Virus record (IMG/VR): IMGVR_UViG_3300043420_001819
Location: 1 to 64,000 of that record
From: a virus
Strand: one strand, 5' to 3'
DNA length: 64,000 nucleotides
Shown here: positions 38,213 through 48,982 of the stretch, piece by piece
Numbering within the stretch: the stretch's first letter is position 1
Layout: each line of letters opens with the position of its first letter
The notes under the pieces: model-generated
Told to the model about the DNA's origin: nothing
Seen by the model: the letters and a program-made list of their open reading frames with translations, nothing else
Database searches by the model: none
Made by a program: the position numbers and the translations under genes

Positions 38213-39946
38213 TTACACAGTAATAAGTGTTCTTTGTACCTTAATTATTGCTGAAGTGCTTGATCCCATAGTGACTACAAGCTCGGCATTGGCACCATTG
38301 ATTTGAGATGTAAAATTACAAAGAGTGCCATTTGTTTCAAGAACAGCATATTCAGTCATATAAGTCGATGTTCCATTATGAATAACCATGATTTCCGATA
38401 CTTGATAATTTGTACCTTGTGTTACTTGAATGACATATTTACAAGATCTATAACTTGCAATAGCAAATGTATCTATCGCCGTTTGTGATGTAGATGCAAT
38501 AGTTGCATTAAGACCATCGATTCTTGCATCAACCGCGGTAGTATCACTGAATGTAATACCAGCATCATTTTGCATATTGATTGTAGTTGAGGTTACATTA
38601 CCTCTTGCAGTAACAGTTGCTAGTGTATCAGATTCTGTAGTTGATGAACTAATTGTAATATTACCACTTGCATCTGAAGTTACAGTTGTTCCACCAGCAC
38701 CGATAATTTTATGAGCACTTGTGACAGTAGAATCTTCAAGGTGATTTAAATACACATTGCCGTTTGTTGCAATCGCATTGGTAGTAGCTGTATTACTAGC
38801 ACCTACAATATTTTTAGATGTTTTTTCCGTAGGTAATTGAGGAAGTGTTACTGTCTTTACATTAATCCCAGTTACGTGACCTGTTGTATTTGTCGTCACA
38901 GAATCAACCGCGGTAAATGTTCCGCCGTGTGTCGGAGATGCACTACTTGTTGCATCACTTCTTGTTGTATTATTATGAGAAATAGTTAGTATATCATCTG
39001 CGGTAAAGTTAGATGTAATATATGTACCACTTGCAATTTGAAGTGTGTCGTGAGATGTTATTGTGTAAGAAGTCGTATCACCATCTTGAATCGTCCAATA
39101 GTCATAATTATCATATTCTGTAGGTAAAGGAATATTATAAAAATTTGTACCATTGTTTGTAAATGTCCATCTTGCAGCACTTTCATCCCATAATAAAGAT
39201 ACATTAGAAAGCGTTCCTCTTTCAATTTCAATACCACCATCTTCTGTTGGTGTTGAACCTGTATAATTACTGTTCAATGTGATAAGATTATCAGCAAGAT
39301 TAATTGTTTCAGTATTAACTGTTGTTGATGTCCCAGAAATAACAAGGTTTGTTACTTTAAGTGTTTCTGTCGAAGGGTTATATTTAAGATTTGAATGTGA
39401 ATAACCAGTTTGTGCACCTGAAGCACTAGCAACGGTTGTGATGAATCTGTCATTGTTTGTTGCATCAGCAGATATAGATTGAAGTGTATCGGTGTTATTA
39501 TCAGCTGGAAGGGTTATTGTTTTAGTATTTACAGCCGTGATGTGACCTGTTGTACTTGTTGTAATACTATCAATCGCTGTAAAAGTTCCGCCATGCGCTG
39601 GGGCAGCAGTACTTGTATTATTTGTTCTTGTTACGTTATCGTGATTGAGTGTAATTGATACATTGTCAGAATCATTTGCTGTAAATGTTCCACTTCCAGA
39701 AATCATTGTCCCACCAGCAACTGATAATATACCATCATTAACTATCGGTAAATCTGAAGTTAATGCAACTGTACCGTTTGCATTTGGAAATGTAATTGTT
39801 CTGTCAGCTGTAAGTGTTGTTAGTGGTAGAGATAATTTGAAATTTGAACCGTTATCATCAATTTCAAGTGTTTCAACAATTTGACCGTTATTATTGAAAA
39901 TGTCTTTAGTCCCGATACGCAATCCGTCTTTAATTTTGAATGCCAT
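38213..39946 (-). CDS. tail fibre protein
   Basis: Thr-rich, with an internal duplicated module, a GIEIERGT motif and a C-terminal YRS.KY.IQ..EY domain. Confidence 0.8.
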   Translation of the reverse strand: MAFKIKDGLRIGTKDIFNNNGQIVETLEIDDNGSNFKLSLPLTTLTADRTITFPNANGTVALTSDLPIVNDGILSVAGGTMISGSGTFTANDSDNVSITLNHDNVTRTNNTSTAAPAHGGTFTAIDSITTSTTGHITAVNTKTITLPADNNTDTLQSISADATNNDRFITTVASASGAQTGYSHSNLKYNPSTETLKVTNLVISGTSTTVNTETINLADNLITLNSNYTGSTPTEDGGIEIERGTLSNVSLLWDESAARWTFTNNGTNFYNIPLPTEYDNYDYWTIQDGDTTSYTITSHDTLQIASGTYITSNFTADDILTISHNNTTRSDATSSASPTHGGTFTAVDSVTTNTTGHVTGINVKTVTLPQLPTEKTSKNIVGASNTATTNAIATNGNVYLNHLEDSTVTSAHKIIGAGGTTVTSDASGNITISSSTTESDTLATVTARGNVTSTTINMQNDAGITFSDTTAVDARIDGLNATIASTSQTAIDTFAIASYRSCKYVIQVTQGTNYQVSEIMVIHNGTSTYMTEYAVLETNGTLCNFTSQINGANAELVVTMGSSTSAIIKVQRTLITV

Positions 39947-39978
39947 TTGTTATTCCTTTATATTATTTATATTTTTAT

Positions 39979-41538
39979 TTATATGAATTTTCTAAATTTA
40001 AAAACATAATTTGAAGCTGAAGCATTGCTATAGTTCGAATATATTTGTAGTTTTAGATTATCACCATCAAGATCTGCTGTTCTATATGTTCTTAGATATA
40101 GACCAGCATCACTTGAACCTCCTGCCCTATGAAGTTGAATTTCATCAGATGGAAGTTCCTGAGAAGTGTTCGTGTCACCCGCATACCAACTCATTATTCC
40201 AGAATAGTATTCATTCATATTTGATCCTCCTGCTGAAGTATCATTTGCATATAATTGAAGGATATATGTTCCTGTTCCAAGGTCAGTATATTTTATACCA
40301 GTATCTTGCCAATCTGTTGTTAAAGTTATTGATTTTGTAAAAGTTGTAACCGGGTCAAAATTATCAACATACTGTTTTGTTGCTGCTTGTAAATCTTCAG
40401 TTGGATCGGCTGCTAAGGTTAATGCACCAGTCATAGTATCACCAGTGACATTTACATAATCAGCATCATGGTTATGATCATCAATAGTTTCTAAAGCATG
40501 TTGAACATTTGTATCAGCACCAGATAAAATTCCATTAAAATTTGTTGTATCTATTAAAATATCTTCTGCTAAATCTGAAGGTATCACACTAACTGGAACA
40601 GGAAGTTGTGTTCTTACCGGTGATGCTCCACCAAATTGGAAATTATATTCTGAACCCGTATTTCCAAGCATATTAGCATAATATTTTATAACAACCCTAT
40701 CTGTGGATACCCAATCACCATCATTAAGTTGAGTAGATGCAGAGAATTGATAATAATTACTATCAACTGGATTTACAGCACCAGTTGTAGAACTTGTGGC
40801 AAGAAGTGTTTCAGTGCCTGTACTTTCTCTTCTATAAATTTCAAAATAAAATTCAGCATATTGTTGACTGTTACCTGCAGTTTTTGCAATATTACCAATA
40901 GTAGTAATATTAACAATTCCTGGATTTCCGGTAAATTGATTTGCATCAGAAATAAGACTTGCTATTAACTGTGCAGATGAACTAATAGTTCCAGTCCCAA
41001 CATCTACAGCAGTACTATTATAATCACTATCACCTGTACTAGAAACTTGTCTAAAATAACCTGTAACATCTGATTCTACTGTAGTTGGATATAATACAAT
41101 GTTAGAAGATAGTAATGAAACATCTGCCTTGCTTAAAGATAATTCATCCAAAGCACCTTTAACATTTACAGACATTAAATCTGCATCGTTATTATCATAA
41201 TTAATATTTGAAGAAGTTAGATAATAGCTAGGAAGTTCACCACCTAATTTTTGAGAATCTTCAGAATCATCTACAACCCCACTAAGATTTGTATCATAAG
41301 TGGTTTTAAGCATATCACCACCAGCAAGTGATTGTATATCAGATTCTGTAACTAGTTTATTTGATGAGGTAACAGCTGTTAGAACATTATTCTGTGTTAT
41401 TACTTCTTTAACTGTATCAAAAGCTACCCAAAGCTTTTCATCAGTTGAGTTCATACACATCTCACCTGATACTAACCCAGCATCAGCATAGCTTCTACCG
41501 GCTACTGCCGTTCTCTTTAATTTAATTGTTTGTGACAT
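39979..41538 (-). CDS. tail fibre protein
   Basis: MSQTIKLKR N-terminus; GDTMTG.L..AATKQYVD knob motif. Confidence 0.75.
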   Translation of the reverse strand: MSQTIKLKRTAVAGRSYADAGLVSGEMCMNSTDEKLWVAFDTVKEVITQNNVLTAVTSSNKLVTESDIQSLAGGDMLKTTYDTNLSGVVDDSEDSQKLGGELPSYYLTSSNINYDNNDADLMSVNVKGALDELSLSKADVSLLSSNIVLYPTTVESDVTGYFRQVSSTGDSDYNSTAVDVGTGTISSSAQLIASLISDANQFTGNPGIVNITTIGNIAKTAGNSQQYAEFYFEIYRRESTGTETLLATSSTTGAVNPVDSNYYQFSASTQLNDGDWVSTDRVVIKYYANMLGNTGSEYNFQFGGASPVRTQLPVPVSVIPSDLAEDILIDTTNFNGILSGADTNVQHALETIDDHNHDADYVNVTGDTMTGALTLAADPTEDLQAATKQYVDNFDPVTTFTKSITLTTDWQDTGIKYTDLGTGTYILQLYANDTSAGGSNMNEYYSGIMSWYAGDTNTSQELPSDEIQLHRAGGSSDAGLYLRTYRTADLDGDNLKLQIYSNYSNASASNYVFKFRKFI

Positions 41539-41612
41539 TACTTACCCTTGTGTATATACACAGATAACTTTGTAATTCTATTAAGTAATAAAATTACAAA
41601 ATTTTTTTATAT

Positions 41613-41637
41613 AAAAATTCCCCCTATATAGGGGGAA
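41613..41637 (-). terminator. intrinsic terminator
   Basis: TTCCCCC-TATATA-GGGGGAA hairpin followed by TTTTT on the minus strand. Confidence 0.8.
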
Positions 41638-41644
41638 AATAATC

Positions 41645-42730
41645 TTAGAACTCACCACCGTCAACTATGTTAACAGAAAGAGTATCTGAAGAAATAATAA
41701 TACTTGTTCCATCAACATTAACATCAAGAATAGGAGCAGTAGCAGTTCCACTATTAGAAAGACCAGCACCAGCACCAACTGAAGTTACAACTCCACTATT
41801 AAGTTTAGTGTAAAGTGTTGGAGAAAGTAAACCAGCATTTGTACCATTTGCTAATGGAATAGTTGCATCTGTACCTGTACTAGAAGTTACAATACCATTA
41901 GTAGGAGATGCTGTATAACCTAAATCAGTAATACCATCAGTTGTACAAGTAACAGTAATAGTATCTGCATCTGTTCTTGTAATTGCCATACCTGCACCAG
42001 CAACAAAATTAACATTATCAGTACTTGCATCAGAACCAGTTAATCTAACAGCTGCACCACCGGTAGCAGTTTCAGCAGATACAGAATATGTAGTATCTGT
42101 GTTATCACTATCAGGGAGTGTTACTGTTTTTGTATTAACAGCAGTAATATGACCTTCTGCACTTGTTGTGATACTAGAAACTACATCGAAAGACCCACCA
42201 ATTGCAGGATTTGATGCAGTATCAGTTCCATCATTTCTTGTTACAGAATCATGGTTAACTTGGCCTCCAGAAATAGTAATAACATTACCGCTTGAAAGAA
42301 CGTCAGCAGTATCAAGAATACGTCTTGAGCTAACACCGTCATTAACTACCCAATAATCATTAGTTTCATCCCATACAAGTGAAACATTAGCTGAAGTACC
42401 TCTTTCAATTTCGATACCACCGTTTTGTGAAGGGGCTCCAGCTTCATCAGCGTTAAGTAGGATAACTGCATCACCAATATTTACTTCATTTGAATTAACA
42501 GTAGTAGTTGTACCAGAAACTGTTAAGTTACCACTAATTACAACGTTTTGTGTAGGATTGCCAGAACCGTCAACTTCATAGTGTACATAAGCAAGTTCTT
42601 GCCCACCAGCAGTGCCGTTACCAACAAATAATCTTAAGTTATCTTTAGTATAAAAGATAACGCCTTCCGCTGGGCTTATCCCTGAACGGTCTGTTTCTAA
42701 ACCTCTTAAGAGTTTAATAGTTTGTGACAT
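41645..42730 (-). CDS. tail fibre protein
   Basis: MSQTIKL N-terminus; shares modules with 38213..39946; ends in DGGEF. Confidence 0.75.
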   Translation of the reverse strand: MSQTIKLLRGLETDRSGISPAEGVIFYTKDNLRLFVGNGTAGGQELAYVHYEVDGSGNPTQNVVISGNLTVSGTTTTVNSNEVNIGDAVILLNADEAGAPSQNGGIEIERGTSANVSLVWDETNDYWVVNDGVSSRRILDTADVLSSGNVITISGGQVNHDSVTRNDGTDTASNPAIGGSFDVVSSITTSAEGHITAVNTKTVTLPDSDNTDTTYSVSAETATGGAAVRLTGSDASTDNVNFVAGAGMAITRTDADTITVTCTTDGITDLGYTASPTNGIVTSSTGTDATIPLANGTNAGLLSPTLYTKLNSGVVTSVGAGAGLSNSGTATAPILDVNVDGTSIIISSDTLSVNIVDGGEF

Positions 42731-42751
42731 AATTTACCTTTATTTTAAAAT

Positions 42752-43708
42752 TTAATAGACCCCACAGTCAATTATGAGGTTATCAATATAATTTTTTGTC
42801 ACTAAAGAATGACTACTAACAATTTTGTCGTTTGATAATGCTGGAGCTAGGATAGTACCATCATAATAAACTTCAATTGCATTATACCTGTTGCTTGTAT
42901 CCGAACCAATACCTACCTCAAATATTGTTCCTGTTTTATTATCGTTGTATAAACCTAAAGTAGTTTGATAATTATTGTCTGCTCTTGTTCCTAAACCTAC
43001 TGAGAATGAATAATCTCCAGTAGCACCATTAGTATTATCGTTATCAAGTGAATAACTTAAATCAATAGACTGATTTCCTATATTCCCATAATACTCAGGA
43101 TTTCTTCCTCTTAGTCTCCATCCAATGTTTAAACCTTCAAGGAGTCTTTCAAGTTCTGAAGGAGATGAACCATTAGCCGCTGTAAGTCTTACGTAAATAC
43201 TACCAACAGTATCATCTATTAAAAGTGCTAAACCAGCCTGTAAAAATAACCCTGAAGTTGGCTCAACATTAGTTAAAGTACCATTTGTAGTGTCAATGTA
43301 TAGTTTATCCTTACTACTAAACCCAGAAGTATCTAGGTCAGTTACTTTTCCTAAAGATGCTACTTTTCCTACACCATCTGGTTCAATTTCAGTGGTAGTA
43401 AGCCCTAAAATATATGAAGGGTCAGTTGTAGTAGCTGGAGCAACTTTTATAAGTCCAGTATCTTCATCAACACCTGTTATCATTACAACGATACCATTTA
43501 TAATTGTTGAAGAAGTATCATTTATAACAGTGTGTAAAACTTCGTGCCCAAGTTGTAAGGACTCTCCTGATACTGCTAAGTTAATAGTATCTTCAATCTC
43601 GTTATATGTTAATGTTCCTTGGTCTTCAGGGCCGCCAACTATTTGTAATGAACGTACTTTGATAGGTATTATTTCTTCGCTTGCCCATGTTACTTCATTA
43701 ATTACCAA
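42752..43708 (-). CDS. virion structural / fibre-associated protein
   Basis: Beta-rich with a YadA-head-like segment; ends in DCGVY. Confidence 0.6.
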   Translation of the reverse strand: MVINEVTWASEEIIPIKVRSLQIVGGPEDQGTLTYNEIEDTINLAVSGESLQLGHEVLHTVINDTSSTIINGIVVMITGVDEDTGLIKVAPATTTDPSYILGLTTTEIEPDGVGKVASLGKVTDLDTSGFSSKDKLYIDTTNGTLTNVEPTSGLFLQAGLALLIDDTVGSIYVRLTAANGSSPSELERLLEGLNIGWRLRGRNPEYYGNIGNQSIDLSYSLDNDNTNGATGDYSFSVGLGTRADNNYQTTLGLYNDNKTGTIFEVGIGSDTSNRYNAIEVYYDGTILAPALSNDKIVSSHSLVTKNYIDNLIIDCGVY

Positions 43709-43738
43709 TGTCGGCCTCCTTTCATATATTAATTACTT

Positions 43739-43748
43739 TATTATCGTA
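43739..43748 (-). promoter_or_regulatory. putative late promoter TACGATAATA
   Basis: Intergenic, 31 nt before the 43708 start. Confidence 0.7.
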
Positions 43749-43782
43749 TAGCCTCTCTTTTAAAAACACATCCCAATGTGTA

Positions 43783-44235
43783 TTATGATAAGGCTTCAGT
43801 ACATTTTAAATATACATTAGTTCCATCACAGAAATACTCAATCCAATATGTTCCTGCTGTATTTATTGTTGTTAAAAAATTTGAGTCTACTAAAATAGAT
43901 GCACCTAATGTAATAGTACGAGGGGTTGTATTAACTAATATAACTGTACCAATTTGTCCAGATGCACTAGCAATATTTGTGAATGTTAATGCACCATTTG
44001 CTGTTGGAGTACACTTAAAATTATTTTTACTGTTTAAGTCAAAACTTAAATCATTATCTGTTAGTAATGTTCCTCTTTGGGGAGCTGAGAAAGTGTGTGC
44101 TGTAGCGATAAAATTAGTAAATAATGTATTTATTTGAGTTTGTGTATAAACTTTACCCCAATTTGTATTAAGAATTTGTCTCCAAGCAGTAGCCCCTATT
44201 TCTAAAGTTTCTATCCCATTTGCTAAGATTGCCAT
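43783..44235 (-). CDS. small tail-associated protein
   Basis: TF.APQRG..L..SFDL..NNF motif of fibre domains. Confidence 0.65.
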   Translation of the reverse strand: MAILANGIETLEIGATAWRQILNTNWGKVYTQTQINTLFTNFIATAHTFSAPQRGTLLTDNDLSFDLNSKNNFKCTPTANGALTFTNIASASGQIGTVILVNTTPRTITLGASILVDSNFLTTINTAGTYWIEYFCDGTNVYLKCTEALS

Positions 44236-44256
44236 TTTATTTCCTTTTAATTAATA

Positions 44257-46950
44257 TTATAATGTAACTGGGTAAGGGCCAGTCCAAGTAAGATTTGCTG
44301 TTGTAGCCGCTGCATTAGAAACAGTATGAAGCAATGTCCAATTTACACCATCGTTAGAACCATATAAATTCCAGTCATCAGGGTTTCTACTAGTATTAGT
44401 TGCAGTATCGTTACCAGTTGCCCAGTTATAACCATTAAAACTAACAGGTACTGACATATCCATTACTACAGACACCGTTGGAAGTTGATTAAAGTTTACT
44501 TTTGTAGTTAAACTTCCATCAACTAATTTATCAGGAGATTCTCCTGCTATGTAAGTATTTGTTGAAGTTGCTATTGAACCTGTCATTAAAATATCATTAT
44601 TATCTAATAATAATTTAAACTCTGATATTTGACAATATACTGTTGAGTTACTTACCTTACCAGTAATTTCCCACTTTATATATCTATAAGATACAGTTAC
44701 TTTTTCTTGTAAATCAGCTGGGGTAACCACTACAGAAGTTCCTTGACTTTCATAAGAACCTAATTTAGTTTTTATTAAGTAAGTTCCTACAGAAGTAATT
44801 GGGTATGTTATAAATGTTTCATAATTACTAGGAGTTACTGTTCCAAGCAATGTACTATTTTTATAAACATTAAATATACCCTCAACATTGCCTTCATCTT
44901 GTCCTGATAAAATAGTATCACAGTTTCTATAGTTAGCACCACTTAATCTTACACAAGGACTCCAAATCAATTCACCTGCAACACATCGTAATGAATTTAC
45001 AGTATATGGTGTATCAATTTCACCATTGTATGTATAGTTTACTGTAGTTTCTTCAGATTGTGTAAATTGGTTTTCTGCATAAACATGGAAAGTAGGGGTT
45101 AATGAATAAAAAGATACTACTGGTAACTCATTAGGTGCTATAGGACATAACCAAAATGCTTCACCAACAGTATGAGTAGTTCTATCATTCTGTATTCCTC
45201 GTACTATACCAGTTATCTCAAAAGTATTATCGGAAACTTCAGTCATTGTTTGAAAACCTATTGCTTCATCACCCCAATAAGCTGCATATACAAGCCTTTG
45301 AAGGTCAGAGTCAGTTCCTGCAATATTATAAAAGTCACCATCAGTATTTTCTACTGTTAGAACTACACTTCTATCTACTTCTCCATTATCAAGTGTTTCT
45401 ATGTTTGTAACTGTAGCATATTTCCACTCTTCAAATTGCATTGTGTCCTCGGTTACTTCATACCCTACCATGTTACGAACAGCAGAACTAACCCCAGGGT
45501 ATGTAGCAGCTAGATGAACACCTTTAGTAGTAGTATTTTCTGGAGTACATGGAAATGCTTTTACCCTGTTAGGGACTGAATTTAACTCATATTGAGTAGA
45601 CATTGTAAGTGTAACATTCGGTGTCCATTCAATTGCTTGTGAGAATGAAAATATATCTTCAATAGCTTCAATAGTTAAGGAACTATCTCTTACAGCATCC
45701 CCAGTTATTTTAGTAACCCTAAAAACAATCTCACTATCCCCAGTTAAATAAGTATCATTAAATAAAAACGTAGAACCGAGAGTATAATCTGGTAAATCAA
45801 TAGGACTAATCTTAAAAGATATTTCTGCAAGTGGATTAGACATTTTAGTAAAATAAAGATTTGCTACTTGAGAAAAAGCCTCTTCAGTATTTATCATAGA
45901 TAAATCTATCTCTTGACTTTTTATAAACCCAGATACATCTAAAGCTGCAGGGTTTGATAAAGTAAGTGTATCAGACTTTGGTACTGATGTTGATGTAATA
46001 TTTGAGTACTTAAATACAAAAGTATTAGGTAAGTCAGCTCTTGTTCCTCTAGAGAATTTAATATTAGAAGTCATATCAACAGTTACTAATGGAAGGTCAT
46101 CGATAGTATAATCTGCTCTAAACAGCTTAAATACATATTTATCTGTTGTATAGTTATAGTATAAAACACCAGTAACATATCTTAAAATTTCTTGAATCCA
46201 ATCTTTAATAGGCTTTGCTGAAGTTATAAGAATATTTAACCCTAGTTTCTCATTATATAAAACTTCTGCTGCATAAGTGAAAGAGTCTTCGTCAATTTTA
46301 CTTTTATTTACTCTTAATAAAGTTACTAAAATATCGTATAATATATACGCTGGATTGGCATTATGTATTTCAAGTACTTTAACATCATAATTTTCTTGAG
46401 CTTGTTCTGAAAATAAATTAATTACTGTTTGTAATAATGAAGATACAACGGCAGTGCCTGAATTATTATATGTATAGTTTATTTCTTCCCCATCCTCATT
46501 TACTGAAGTAATAACATGCTTAGTCCCAACAATGTCATAATATGAGCTATAATTAGGTAAAGATGAAGCTGACTCGATATTTATTCTTTTTACTAAAAAT
46601 CCATACTGAGGGATACTTCTTACATTATCTCCTATAAAAACCTGTGGAAATACTGTATATGCTACATTTTTATAAATTAAGTCTAACCCTGTTTTACTCT
46701 CCATATAACTATCTGGTGAAGTTTGGTCTCCAAAATAATTAATAAAAGTGGATGGCCCATTTCCAGAACCACCAACCTCAGAAGTAAGACCAGTTTGTGC
46801 TCTAATTGTTGCTCCGTTTGATGAAACAGTCCCTGACCACATTTTAGTTTCATTTAAGTAAAAACCAATTATCTCATCTAACTCCTCACACAAAGCATAA
46901 GAAAAATCTAAAAAGTAGGCATAACCAATTGTTTGTTTTTTACTACCCAT
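44257..46950 (-). CDS. central tail tip / host-specificity protein with C-terminal discoidin (F5/8-like) domain
   Basis: MGSKKQTIGY.Y..ANPAYILYD..RG..H..GE pattern; C-terminal P..W.L.GSNDG.NWT.L. Confidence 0.8.
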   Translation of the reverse strand: MGSKKQTIGYAYFLDFSYALCEELDEIIGFYLNETKMWSGTVSSNGATIRAQTGLTSEVGGSGNGPSTFINYFGDQTSPDSYMESKTGLDLIYKNVAYTVFPQVFIGDNVRSIPQYGFLVKRINIESASSLPNYSSYYDIVGTKHVITSVNEDGEEINYTYNNSGTAVVSSLLQTVINLFSEQAQENYDVKVLEIHNANPAYILYDILVTLLRVNKSKIDEDSFTYAAEVLYNEKLGLNILITSAKPIKDWIQEILRYVTGVLYYNYTTDKYVFKLFRADYTIDDLPLVTVDMTSNIKFSRGTRADLPNTFVFKYSNITSTSVPKSDTLTLSNPAALDVSGFIKSQEIDLSMINTEEAFSQVANLYFTKMSNPLAEISFKISPIDLPDYTLGSTFLFNDTYLTGDSEIVFRVTKITGDAVRDSSLTIEAIEDIFSFSQAIEWTPNVTLTMSTQYELNSVPNRVKAFPCTPENTTTKGVHLAATYPGVSSAVRNMVGYEVTEDTMQFEEWKYATVTNIETLDNGEVDRSVVLTVENTDGDFYNIAGTDSDLQRLVYAAYWGDEAIGFQTMTEVSDNTFEITGIVRGIQNDRTTHTVGEAFWLCPIAPNELPVVSFYSLTPTFHVYAENQFTQSEETTVNYTYNGEIDTPYTVNSLRCVAGELIWSPCVRLSGANYRNCDTILSGQDEGNVEGIFNVYKNSTLLGTVTPSNYETFITYPITSVGTYLIKTKLGSYESQGTSVVVTPADLQEKVTVSYRYIKWEITGKVSNSTVYCQISEFKLLLDNNDILMTGSIATSTNTYIAGESPDKLVDGSLTTKVNFNQLPTVSVVMDMSVPVSFNGYNWATGNDTATNTSRNPDDWNLYGSNDGVNWTLLHTVSNAAATTANLTWTGPYPVTL

Positions 46951-47174
46951 TACTTACCACCAGATTTAATTGCTTTTGATTTTAAATTATCATACCAAAT
47001 ACAATTTCCCTTTATGTAAGTTGTTCCATATACTTTTGGAACTACTTTTGAGTTAGTGTTATCTGGTATTTGAAAATCTTCAAGAGTAGCAGGAGACATT
47101 GCCAAGTCATTAGGTACTGGCATAAAAATATAAGCTACAATTAATAATGCAGCAGTAATATAAAATAAAGGCAT
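46950..47174 (-). CDS. small tail-tip protein
   Basis: VP.VYGT..I.GN.IWY motif. Confidence 0.7.
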   Translation of the reverse strand: MPLFYITAALLIVAYIFMPVPNDLAMSPATLEDFQIPDNTNSKVVPKVYGTTYIKGNCIWYDNLKSKAIKSGGK

Positions 47175-47911
47175 TATATTGACTCCAAAGAAGGATTTTT
47201 AGGCGGAACTAATGGAAATCCACCGAAATTAGTTTTATTATTAAATTTTACTGAGCAAGTACTATATGATTTATCACAACCTTGCTTTAAAGAAATTACT
47301 GATGGTGTTTGGGTTATTCTAGTGTCAAGGTATAATACACCCCCAGAATCATGCTTTAGTATATATGCTGTTTCTGTATTATTAGTTGTAAGTACTCCTC
47401 CAGTATATAAACCAGTACTTCCCGCTATTGATGGTACAGTTACAGCATTTTGACTTCCTGCAACAGTAAACTCAGTTATATTAGTGGTATAGGCAGAGGA
47501 GCTTAATCCGCAATTACCATCATATAAGATAAAAGGACAACTTGTACTATAAGTACGATAAGGAACTTCACTATCAAAAAACACCTCTTTCTTTTTAAAT
47601 TTTAAATCAACTTCAAATCTTTCCCTATCAAAGTCCAATTTAACTAATATTCCACTAAATATTTCTAAACCACTCGCATAATCATAAATATTTAAGAATA
47701 ACTCTGCACTAGGGGCGTATAATACAAATTTAGTAAAAGGGTCAGTATCTAGCTTAGTTGTAACTCTAACTTCAGAATCAGTTAACTCCATAGTCAACTC
47801 AGTTCTTGCAAATGATGAGGCTGAGTAAATATACCCATTATACTCTATATCATCAGCAGATGCAGCATATCTATATGTTAGTCCTTGGTAAGTTACTTTA
47901 TACAATTCCAC
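47174..47911 (-). CDS. baseplate hub protein (DUF2163/BR0599-like)
   Basis: C...LYD..CG and GCDK...TC..KF.N..NFGGFP.VP motifs. Confidence 0.85.
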   Translation of the reverse strand: MELYKVTYQGLTYRYAASADDIEYNGYIYSASSFARTELTMELTDSEVRVTTKLDTDPFTKFVLYAPSAELFLNIYDYASGLEIFSGILVKLDFDRERFEVDLKFKKKEVFFDSEVPYRTYSTSCPFILYDGNCGLSSSAYTTNITEFTVAGSQNAVTVPSIAGSTGLYTGGVLTTNNTETAYILKHDSGGVLYLDTRITQTPSVISLKQGCDKSYSTCSVKFNNKTNFGGFPLVPPKNPSLESI

Positions 47912-47923
47912 TTTATATCCCTG

Positions 47924-48982
47924 TTATAGCTGTATCAAACTATAATCGTTGTATAGCTCTATTATATTTAATTTAACCGATGATTTATTAATATCATCTA
48001 AGTCAAAACTAATAGTATCTGTATCTAATCTACAAAAGTATAAAAACTGTGCATTAAGACATGAGCTAGTACTTAACCCATCTGGTAACGGAGTATCAAG
48101 TACGATAACATCACAAGTACCGTATGTTTCATTTACTTTACTTTCACAAGAAGTAATTACCCCAAAGTAGTTATAATCAGGTAAGTATAAAATCTTTGTA
48201 ACCTGATTTAATGCCATTGCTGCGAATGAATTTTTTATTACTAAAAAATTTTCTCCACCTATAGGTTGTTCAGCTATTGATAGTTCAGGAATAAAAGAAG
48301 GAAATAAAAATGATTTGTATTTACCTTTTAAGGTACTAAACCATGACTTTAAAGCTAACCTATCGTAAACGTCGTCTTGTTTTAAAGTTACTGAAAATTT
48401 CTTATAAGGGTTCTTATCAGATATTCTGTACTGCTTTTGAAATTCTTCACCAGCTACTACATACTTATGGTCTAAAACTTCACTAACACTATCAAAAATT
48501 TCAAAAGGAAACATTGTTTTTGAAAGAATAGGCAGAACTTCAATAGGTAAATCTACATAAGCTGTGTCTGATGGAGACATCCATGTTGTATTAAGAGTTG
48601 CAGTAGTTGTAGGTCCAACCATTCTTACTCTTATGGTATTAATGCCAATAGGAAGCGTTATTGCCCCAACTCCACTATTAAGAGAAGAAAATGCTACATA
48701 TTCTCCATTTACAAAAATATCTGCCCTTACATTAGCTCCAACTATTACTTTAAAGTAATATTCCCCATGCTCTACAATATTTATGTCAGACTCTAAAACT
48801 GCAAATACTGATGAGGGTGTATTAAGATAATCTGTTGTAACAATATTCAAAGAATCTACATAAAAATTACTTGCTAATAAACTATTACGTTGATAAGTAG
48901 TCTGTATTTCATCCATTCCGTAATAAGTATTAGGTAAGGTATATCCCGATGCATCATAGTATTTAATAAAAAATCTTTTCAT
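47924..48982 (-). CDS. distal-tail-like protein with a PA14-like N-terminus
   Basis: WF..LKG.YKSF..P and RLD.D motifs. Confidence 0.6.
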   Translation of the reverse strand: MKRFFIKYYDASGYTLPNTYYGMDEIQTTYQRNSLLASNFYVDSLNIVTTDYLNTPSSVFAVLESDINIVEHGEYYFKVIVGANVRADIFVNGEYVAFSSLNSGVGAITLPIGINTIRVRMVGPTTTATLNTTWMSPSDTAYVDLPIEVLPILSKTMFPFEIFDSVSEVLDHKYVVAGEEFQKQYRISDKNPYKKFSVTLKQDDVYDRLALKSWFSTLKGKYKSFLFPSFIPELSIAEQPIGGENFLVIKNSFAAMALNQVTKILYLPDYNYFGVITSCESKVNETYGTCDVIVLDTPLPDGLSTSSCLNAQFLYFCRLDTDTISFDLDDINKSSVKLNIIELYNDYSLIQL

